A stretch of DNA of 64,000 nucleotides from an uncultured Gemmatimonadales bacterium (GTDB taxonomy: Bacteria; Gemmatimonadota; Gemmatimonadetes; Gemmatimonadales; GWC2-71-9): the NCBI GenBank assembly GCA_963695555.1, contig CAVOGR010000004.1, positions 64,001 through 128,000 on the forward strand, read 5' to 3'. Every line of letters starts with the position of its first letter. Position 1 is the stretch's first letter. The notes beneath the pieces are model-generated. The model worked only from the letters and a program-made list of their open reading frames with translations. It was not told where the DNA came from and made no database searches. Of the stretch, positions 57,142 through 64,000 are shown piece by piece. The position numbers were made by a program, and so were the translations under genes.

Positions 57142-57579
57142 ATGCGCATCGCTGTCCTCAATGGTCCAAATCTCAACCTGTTGGGCGATCGTGAGCCGGA
57201 CGTGTATGGCCGGGTCACGCTTATTGAGATCGAACGCAGCATGCGGGCCCGGGCCGAGGAATTGGAGACCCAACTCGAGTGGGTGCAGAGCAACCATGAA
57301 GGGGAGTTAGTTGACCTTGTGCAGCGACTCCCCGAGCGGGCCGACGGCGCGATCGTCAACGCAGCGGGCCTGACCCACACCAGTGTCGCGCTTCGGGACG
57401 CGTTGGTTGGATCGCGGCTCCCCTTTATCGAGGTTCACCTGTCCAACATTTTCGCGCGCGAGGAATTCCGCCGCCGGTCGCTGTTGGCCGACGTGGCGGT
57501 GGGTGTAGTGGCCGGACTTGGTGCGGGCGGGTATGTGTGCGCGCTGAATGCGCTCGTTCAGCGATTGCGTGACGCCTGA
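57142..57579 (+). CDS. aroQ: type II 3-dehydroquinate dehydratase
   Basis: LNGPNLNLLGDREPDVYG, QSNHEG, NAAGLTHTSVALRDA, EVHLSNIFAREEFR. Confidence 0.97.
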   Translation: MRIAVLNGPNLNLLGDREPDVYGRVTLIEIERSMRARAEELETQLEWVQSNHEGELVDLVQRLPERADGAIVNAAGLTHTSVALRDALVGSRLPFIEVHLSNIFAREEFRRRSLLADVAVGVVAGLGAGGYVCALNALVQRLRDA

Positions 57580-58657
57580 TCGGTGCGGTGAGCGACAACG
57601 GGCGCTCCGGCAGCGGATGGCGGGAGAGACGCTGGACGCCCTCCTCGTCACGCACTTACCGAACATCCGATACCTGACGGGCTTCACCGGTTCGGCGGCT
57701 CTCGCCTTCATCACGACCCAACAGCTCTTCCTGGTCACCGATTCGCGGTACGCCGTGCAAGCGCCGGCGGAGGTCAAGGCTGCCGCCGAGGTGCTGATCG
57801 ATCCGGTGAACGTATGGTCGCGGCTGGCCAGCCTCCTGGCGCAGCACAGTCACGGACGAGTCGGGATCGAGGCCCACGCGCTCACGGTGCGGGACGCGAC
57901 CCGCGTCGAGCGCGACTTCCGCGGCGACGTGATCCCGGTGGTGGATCTGGTAGAGGACCTGCGTGTCGTCAAGTCGCCCGACGAGGTCGAAGCCATCCGT
58001 CAGGCGGCGGCGCTGGCCGAGGAGGCCTTGGCCGAGACCTTACGCGCAGTGCGGGTGGGGTCGAGCGAGTTGGCGATCGCGTCCGACCTGGAAGGGGCAC
58101 TTCGGCGAAGGGGCAGCGAGTGGCACCCGTTTCCGACCATCGTTGCCTCGGGGCCCCGGTCGGCCTTGCCGCACGCCCGCACCGGCCGTCGTGTGCTCGA
58201 AGCCGGCGATCTGCTCCTGGTTGACTTCGGTGCGCAGGTGGACGGATACTGTTCGGACCTCACGCGGTGCTATGTCGTCGGGGCCCACGCGGATGAGCGT
58301 CAGCGGATGGTCTACGACTTGGTCCTCGAGGCCCAGCGCCGGGCGTTGCGGCACCTCAGAGCCGGTATGACCGGGGCAGAGGGCGACGCATTGGCGCGGC
58401 AAGTGATCCAACGGCGTGGTTTCGGCGATGCCTTCGGACACGCACTCGGGCATGGGCTGGGCCTGGAAGTCCACGAGGCACCACGACTTGCGTCCAGCTC
58501 AGACCACCCCATTCCGGCCCACGCAGTAGTCACGGTGGAGCCGGGTATCTATCTTGGAGGGTGGGGTGGGGTCAGGTTGGAGGACGATCTCTACCTTGGC
58601 CCGGACGGTCCGGAATGCCTCTCGACCCCGGCCGCGGAACTCATCGAACTCACGTAG
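57569..58657 (+). CDS. Xaa-Pro aminopeptidase (M24B)
   Basis: [27 protein letters not shown]...[34 protein letters not shown]. Confidence 0.93.
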   Translation: MTPDRCGERQRALRQRMAGETLDALLVTHLPNIRYLTGFTGSAALAFITTQQLFLVTDSRYAVQAPAEVKAAAEVLIDPVNVWSRLASLLAQHSHGRVGIEAHALTVRDATRVERDFRGDVIPVVDLVEDLRVVKSPDEVEAIRQAAALAEEALAETLRAVRVGSSELAIASDLEGALRRRGSEWHPFPTIVASGPRSALPHARTGRRVLEAGDLLLVDFGAQVDGYCSDLTRCYVVGAHADERQRMVYDLVLEAQRRALRHLRAGMTGAEGDALARQVIQRRGFGDAFGHALGHGLGLEVHEAPRLASSSDHPIPAHAVVTVEPGIYLGGWGGVRLEDDLYLGPDGPECLSTPAAELIELT

Positions 58658-58665
58658 GAGAAGGT

Positions 58666-59227
58666 GTGGCAACCACTTCGGATTTCCGAACTGGCATGGT
58701 GCTCGAAATCGACGGCCAGCTCTTTCAAATGACCTACTTCCAGCATGTGAAGCCGGGCAAGGGCGGTGCCTTTGTGCGGACCAAGCTGCAAGAACGTCAT
58801 GACCGGCGCGGTGATCGACCGCACCTGGAACGCGGGAGAGCGCGTCAAGGACGTTCGGTTAGAGCGACGGCGGATCCAATTCTCCTATGCCGACGGACAT
58901 TTCTATCATTTTACTGGACATGCAGACCTTCGACGATATCATGATCACCGATGCGGTGCTGGGCGAGGATCAGCAGAAGTACCTCAAGGAGGGGATGGAA
59001 TGTGAGGGGCTGGTCCACGACGGCACGGTGCTCATGATCGAGCTTCCACCTTCGTGGAGCTGACCGTGACCAAGACCGACCCAGGCATTCGGGGCGACAC
59101 CGCGACCGGCGGCACCAAACCGGCTACGCTCGAGACCGGGGCCATCGTTCAAGTCCCGCTCTTCATCGAGGAAGGCCAGGTCATCCGGGTCGATCGCCGC
59201 GAAGACAAATACCTGACGCGCGTATGA
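58666..59227 (+). pseudogene. efp: elongation factor P with three single-base indels (pseudogene or sequence error)
   Basis: Four frame segments: [10 protein letters not shown]...[15 protein letters not shown] / KNVMTG...HFYHF / LDMQTFD...IELP / TFVEL...[27 protein letters not shown]...DKYLTRV*. Extra base at 58789, extra base at 58913-58914, missing base at ~59047; 562 nt as given versus 561 once corrected. Confidence 0.9.
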
Positions 59228-59745
59228 CAGTCAATGAAATGCAGGATCTCGCCCGGCTGCTGCAGAACGTTCCGGGAATCAAGTCGGTCGACCTGGGCGA
59301 CGTAAAGCGGTTGGTCAAACTGCTCCGCGATTCCCCGGAAGTCGGCTCGATTGAAGTGAAGGGGTGGTTCGGAACAGGGGTCGTGGTGACGCGGGCGGGA
59401 TCGGGTGCGGTAACTGCCAACGCCGCGCCACCGACCGCCGTCCCTCCGGCGCCAGCCGCCGCGCCGGCCGCGCCGGCGCCGTCCCCCGCGGCGGCCTCGC
59501 CCCTGAAGGAGATCACCTCGCCCATGGTTGGTACGTTTTACCGTGCTCCGGAGCCTGGGGCGGAGCCGTACGTATCCGCCGGCGCCCGGGTGACCATGGG
59601 GCAGACGGTGTGCATCATCGAAGCCATGAAGATCATGAACGAAATCGAGGCGGAGATCGCTGGCGTGATTCGCGAGATTTGCGTCGAAGACACGCAGGCC
59701 GTGGAGTATGGGCAAGTCCTCTTCCGGGTGGATCCCAATGGCTGA
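59224..59745 (+). CDS. accB: acetyl-CoA carboxylase biotin carboxyl carrier protein
   Basis: Ala/Pro linker, [26 protein letters not shown] (biotinyl Lys), VEYGQVLF. Confidence 0.96.
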   Translation: MTVNEMQDLARLLQNVPGIKSVDLGDVKRLVKLLRDSPEVGSIEVKGWFGTGVVVTRAGSGAVTANAAPPTAVPPAPAAAPAAPAPSPAAASPLKEITSPMVGTFYRAPEPGAEPYVSAGARVTMGQTVCIIEAMKIMNEIEAEIAGVIREICVEDTQAVEYGQVLFRVDPNG

Positions 59746-60907
59746 TCCGACATCTAAGGCGGGCACCGTGCGCCCGTTTAATTTCAAGCAGTCCATCGTC
59801 GAGATGGTTCAGCGCAACGGGTCCGATCTGCTGCTGAAGGTCGGCCGTGCCCCGACCGTGCGGGTCAACGGCGAGCTGGCCAATCTGGAGATGGCGCCGC
59901 TCAGGCCCGAGGACCTGAAGCAGCTCGCGGAGCAGATCATGACTCCGCGGCAGGTCAAGGAGTTCGCCGACCGGAAGGAGGCGGATTTCGCCATCGGCGT
60001 GCCTGGCGTGGGCCGGTTCCGCACCAATATCTACCAACAACGCGGCACGTTGGCGTTCGCGTTCCGCGCGATTCCCTATGAGGTCAAGAGCATCCAGGAG
60101 TTGAACCTTCCGAAGGTCTTGGAAGACATCTCGCTCCGGCCGCGGGGCCTCGTGCTGGTCACCGGCATTACCGGATCCGGCAAATCAACCGCCCTGGCCG
60201 CGATGATCGACCATGTCAACCAGCACCGTCGCGTCAACATTATCGCGATCGAGGATCCGATCGAATTTCTGCACCGAGACGTGAAAGCCAACATTTCACA
60301 GCGCGAAGTCGGCAGCGACACCTTGTCGTTCGGATCCGCGCTGCGGCACGTACTGCGCCAAGACCCGGACGTGATTCTGATCGGAGAAATCCGCGATATC
60401 GAGACGCTCGATACGGCTCTCAAGGCGGCGGATACCGGACACCTGGTCTTCTCCACGCTGCACACGACCGATGCGACTCAGACTATCAACCGGGTGATTT
60501 CGTTTTATCCGCCACACCAGCATCAAGAAGTGCGGTCCTTGCTCTCCACCGCGCTGGCCGCGGTGGTGTCCCTCCGGCTGGTGCCGCGGGCGGACGGGAA
60601 CGGGCGAGTCCCCGCCTCGGAAGTGTTGATCAATACCGCGGCGGTGGCCGACAACATCCGGGACATGGACAGGGCCCTGAACATTCCGGATTTGATCGCG
60701 GAGGGCACCGTCTCATACGGCATGCAATCCTTCGACCAGTCCCTCATGCGTTGGTTTAAGGAGGAAGCCGTCTCGTACGAGAGCGCTCTCTTCTATTCGA
60801 CCAACCCGAGTGAGTTTGCGTTGCGTGCCTCCGGTGTGAGCTCGGCTTCAGATCACCGGCTGGGTGGGGCGACCGGCTCGGAGATGCCGGCCGGCCTGAA
60901 CCCGTAA
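59738..60907 (+). CDS. pilT: PilT/PilU-family type IV pilus retraction ATPase
   Basis: [12 protein letters not shown], Walker [50 protein letters not shown]; PilT versus PilU not resolved. Confidence 0.9.
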   Translation: MADPTSKAGTVRPFNFKQSIVEMVQRNGSDLLLKVGRAPTVRVNGELANLEMAPLRPEDLKQLAEQIMTPRQVKEFADRKEADFAIGVPGVGRFRTNIYQQRGTLAFAFRAIPYEVKSIQELNLPKVLEDISLRPRGLVLVTGITGSGKSTALAAMIDHVNQHRRVNIIAIEDPIEFLHRDVKANISQREVGSDTLSFGSALRHVLRQDPDVILIGEIRDIETLDTALKAADTGHLVFSTLHTTDATQTINRVISFYPPHQHQEVRSLLSTALAAVVSLRLVPRADGNGRVPASEVLINTAAVADNIRDMDRALNIPDLIAEGTVSYGMQSFDQSLMRWFKEEAVSYESALFYSTNPSEFALRASGVSSASDHRLGGATGSEMPAGLNP

Positions 60908-62265
60908 TGTTCAAGAAAGTCCTGATCGCCAACCGCGGGGAGATCGCCCTGCGGGTCATCCGGGCGTGTCGGGAGTTGGGTATCCAGACCGTCGCGGTCT
61001 ACAGTGAAGCGGACCGGGAGTCGCTCCACGTCAGGTTCGCCGACGATGACGTCTGCATCGGCCCGCCTCCGTCACGGCTCTCCTACCTCAAGATTCCGCA
61101 CATCATCGCCGCCGCCGAGTTGACCGGCGCCGACGCCATCCACCCCGGCTACGGGTTCTTAGCCGAGAACGCCGAGTTCGCCGACATCTGCAAGGCGTCG
61201 AACATCACGTTCATCGGCCCGACGGGAGATCAGATCCGACAGATGGGCGACAAGGCCACGGCCCGACGCCTGGCTCAGGAAGCCGGGGTGTCCACCGTGC
61301 CCGGATCGCAAGGCACCATCGAGGAACTCGATGACGCGCTGGAGGTGGCGACGGAGATCGGGTATCCCGTCATCATCAAGGCCACCGCCGGTGGCGGCGG
61401 CAAGGGCATGCGCATCGCCCGAGATCCCGACCAGTTCGCCCAGGTATTCACGCTGGCCCAAAACGAGGCCCTGTCGGCCTTCGGCAATGGGAGTGTGTAC
61501 GTCGAGCGATTCCTGGGTGCCCCGCGGCATGTAGAGATCCAGATCCTCGGCGACTCGCACGGCACCGTCGTCCACCTCGGCGAGCGTGATTGTTCCGTGC
61601 AGCGACGGCATCAGAAGCTGATCGAAGAAAGCCCAAGCCCCGCCGTCGACGCGGCCACCCGAGAAGCAATGGGCAATGCCGCGGTGCGCCTTGCCGCAGC
61701 CATCGGGTACGTCGGGGCCGGCACCATCGAGTTTCTCATGGACCCCGACGGCCATTACTACTTCATGGAGATGAACACCCGCATTCAGGTTGAACACCCC
61801 GTTACGGAGATGGTTACCAGCTTCGATATCGTGAAGGAGCAGATCCGGATTGCCGCGGGAAACAAACTTGGGTTCCGGGGCGACGGACGCCGCCTGCGAG
61901 GCCATGCCATTGAGTGCCGGATCAACGCGGAAGACCCGGCACGGAACTTCCAACCGAGCCCCGGTCTCATCACGGCCTTCCACCCCCCTGGTGGCCCCGG
62001 CATCCGGGTGGATACCCACGTCTATGCCGGCTACACCGTCCCACCCTACTACGATTCCCTGATCGCCAAGCTGATCGTCCACGGCAACGACAGGGAAGAG
62101 GCCCTGCTCCGGATGGGCCAGGCGCTCGATAGCTTCATCATCGAGGGCCCCACCACCACGATCCCATTCCTGGCTCGCGTGCTCCGGCACCCGGATTTCG
62201 TTGCGGGAAGGATCGACACGAACTTCCTCGAGCGTGAACCCGGCCTCCTGCGTCCGGAGGCATGA
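60907..62265 (+). CDS. accC: acetyl-CoA carboxylase biotin carboxylase
   Basis: [68 protein letters not shown]. Confidence 0.97.
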   Translation: MFKKVLIANRGEIALRVIRACRELGIQTVAVYSEADRESLHVRFADDDVCIGPPPSRLSYLKIPHIIAAAELTGADAIHPGYGFLAENAEFADICKASNITFIGPTGDQIRQMGDKATARRLAQEAGVSTVPGSQGTIEELDDALEVATEIGYPVIIKATAGGGGKGMRIARDPDQFAQVFTLAQNEALSAFGNGSVYVERFLGAPRHVEIQILGDSHGTVVHLGERDCSVQRRHQKLIEESPSPAVDAATREAMGNAAVRLAAAIGYVGAGTIEFLMDPDGHYYFMEMNTRIQVEHPVTEMVTSFDIVKEQIRIAAGNKLGFRGDGRRLRGHAIECRINAEDPARNFQPSPGLITAFHPPGGPGIRVDTHVYAGYTVPPYYDSLIAKLIVHGNDREEALLRMGQALDSFIIEGPTTTIPFLARVLRHPDFVAGRIDTNFLEREPGLLRPEA

Positions 62266-63011
62266 GCTTCGACGTTCTGTTCTCTCCCCGCGCCGTGGGA
62301 CCGGACGACCTGGCGGGGCGGACGGTGATCGTTATCGATATCCTGCGGGCGACCACCACAATGTGTGCCGCCCTCCATCACGGTGCGCGGGCGATCATCC
62401 CGACGGCCTCGCCGGACGAGGCCAGAGCCGTTGCGAGGACCATGGGGACCGACGCAGTCGTGTTGGCCGGGGAGCGCAACGCCATGCCCATTCCCGGTTT
62501 CGACCTTGGGAACAGCCCCCGTGGAATGACGCCGGAACGAGTCCGCGACAAGACGGTGGTGCTCTCTACCACCAACGGGACCAAAGCCCTGCTGAGCGCC
62601 CAATCGGCCATGGCGGTCTACCCCGGGGCGGCCTGCAATCTTAGTTTGCTCGCAGCGCTGGGCCGCGCCACCCTCGAAGCGGAGGGATCGCTCCTGGTCC
62701 TGTGCGCCGGCCGTGCCGGGAAGTTCGGGTTGGATGACGCCTATTGCGCGGGACGCCTCGTGACGGCGGTCCTCGAGCAGGCAGACCCTGGTGTCCACGA
62801 TGTGCTCAGCGACAGCGCGCGCGCGGCCGTCGAGATCGCGCGAGGCCTTGGCCAGCGCTGGGACATCCCGCTCAGGCTGAGCATGGCCGGGCAGGACCTC
62901 CAGCGACTCGGCTTTGGTGCCGACATCGACGACGCAGCACGAGAAGATGTGTTCCCATCTCTCATCAGGTTCCACGATGGCCAAGTCGCCCGCCACGCGG
63001 AGACAACGTGA
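62262..63011 (+). CDS. comB: 2-phosphosulfolactate phosphatase family (ComB-like)
   Basis: [34 protein letters not shown]...LDDAYCAG. Confidence 0.9.
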   Translation: MSFDVLFSPRAVGPDDLAGRTVIVIDILRATTTMCAALHHGARAIIPTASPDEARAVARTMGTDAVVLAGERNAMPIPGFDLGNSPRGMTPERVRDKTVVLSTTNGTKALLSAQSAMAVYPGAACNLSLLAALGRATLEAEGSLLVLCAGRAGKFGLDDAYCAGRLVTAVLEQADPGVHDVLSDSARAAVEIARGLGQRWDIPLRLSMAGQDLQRLGFGADIDDAAREDVFPSLIRFHDGQVARHAETT

Positions 63012-64000
63012 GCACTGAGCAGCGTCGCAAACTCGGCGCGATCGCAGCCCTTGCCGCGGGCATCTTCGTGGCCCTCGCCCTGCTCCTGACCCCTTGGACT
63101 GGGCCGCTCGGTTCCGTCCTCGGGACCAGCCTCTGGCGCTGGCTCGGCGTCGGCGCGGTGGGACTCCCGCTCCTCGGTCTCGGGCTGGCCCTCGCGGGGT
63201 TCGGGTACCTGCCACAACTCTCCATGCCACGGGTAGCCGCGCTGGTTGGAGGGCTCTGCCTCATCGTGCCCTTCATCCTGGGGGTGCTCTTTCGCATCAC
63301 GCCCGATGCCTTCGTGCCCGAACTCGCCGAGTGGGGCATCGACGCTCGACTGACCGGGCTCCTGCCCGGTGTGCTGGCCCGGGGGGCGTACAGCGTCGTC
63401 GGGTTCGCCGGCGGGCTTTTGTTGGGGTTCCTCCTCCTCTCCGCCGTCACGCTCGGAACCATCGCCTGGCACCCGCTCAAGCCGCTGGAGCAGCCCGAGG
63501 TGACGGGATGGACCCAGGCGGCCCGGTCGATGCTCGCGCGGCGTCAGAGCGACTCATCCGAGCCGGACGATGTCGTCTCCGAACGGGAGCGGGCACCGGC
63601 CGAGCAGCGTAACCCAGCCACTCCGGCAAAGCTCTCGACGGCCGAGCGACCCGTGAGACCGGCGCGACCGGGACGGTCGAAACCGACCCCTGAGCCCCAG
63701 GCCCCCGAGGCCGATGCAGCACGCCATGACGCCCTGCCGCCGGTCGAACTACTCAACCCCGTTCCCAGTGCGGAAGTCGATGCCGGGCAGTCCGAGCTCG
63801 ACCGCCTTCAGCAGGTGCTGCTCGATACGCTCAAGACCTTCAATGTGGAGTGCCGCGTGGTGGGCCGGACGACTGGTCCGGTGGTCACGCAATTCGAAGT
63901 GGTGCCGGCGCCGGGCGTGAAGGTGGGACGGATCGCCGCGCTGGCGGACGATCTGGCGCTCACCATGCACGCCCCATCGATCCGGATCGTCGCTCCGATT
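63008..64000 (+). CDS. ftsK: DNA translocase FtsK, 3' partial (runs off the window; absent from the ORF track)
   Basis: GTG 63008 overlaps the comB stop; N-terminal TM segments, then in frame LPPVELL...GPVVTQFEVVPAPGVKVGRIAALADDLAL...SIRIVAPI (FtsK alpha domain). Confidence 0.92.
   Translation, partial: MSTEQRRKLGAIAALAAGIFVALALLLTPWTGPLGSVLGTSLWRWLGVGAVGLPLLGLGLALAGFGYLPQLSMPRVAALVGGLCLIVPFILGVLFRITPDAFVPELAEWGIDARLTGLLPGVLARGAYSVVGFAGGLLLGFLLLSAVTLGTIAWHPLKPLEQPEVTGWTQAARSMLARRQSDSSEPDDVVSERERAPAEQRNPATPAKLSTAERPVRPARPGRSKPTPEPQAPEADAARHDALPPVELLNPVPSAEVDAGQSELDRLQQVLLDTLKTFNVECRVVGRTTGPVVTQFEVVPAPGVKVGRIAALADDLALTMHAPSIRIVAPI

Noticed and set aside
62262..63011. comB as evidence of coenzyme M synthesis or competence
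   Set aside because: ComB-family phosphatases are widespread in bacteria lacking coenzyme M; no comA/comC is in the window, and the name is unrelated to competence genes.

Overview
High-GC (roughly two-thirds G+C by eye) core chromosome of a Gram-negative bacterium, most likely Gemmatimonadota or another FCB-group lineage (inferred from protein style and gene order). It holds about 61 tightly packed genes, 59 of them on the + strand. In order: amidase-TPR lipoprotein-pyrD-pyrF; a free-standing alpha ribosomal operon (rpmJ-rpsM-rpsK-rpsD-rpoA-rplQ) and rpmB; nucleotide-sugar genes (gmd/rmd, wbpD/E/B/A-like, ugd, uxs, GlcA epimerase) interleaved with carB and murB; bamD-nadD-secA-radC-rel-EVE-uvrB-tsaE-tsaB-rimI-ssb; a TsaP-like LysM gene; a full tol-pal operon; a TatC-LptD fusion; a sigma54-type lipoprotein gene; hutH; two TPR/acidic proteins; polyprenyl synthase; tatA; ppiD; and aroQ-pepP-efp-accB-pilT-accC-comB-ftsK(partial). 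I found no mobile elements, CRISPR arrays, rRNA or tRNA genes. The most striking feature is one 1168-aa ORF in which intact TatC is joined through an internal signal-peptide-like segment (KRRAR...LLVVGLLL...LSA|Q) to an LptD-type outer-membrane barrel, a candidate inner/outer-membrane polyprotein. Other oddities are efp with three single-base indels, a PilT-family ATPase between accB and accC, a duplicated AccB N-terminal module, and scattered type IV pilus/polarity-type genes.
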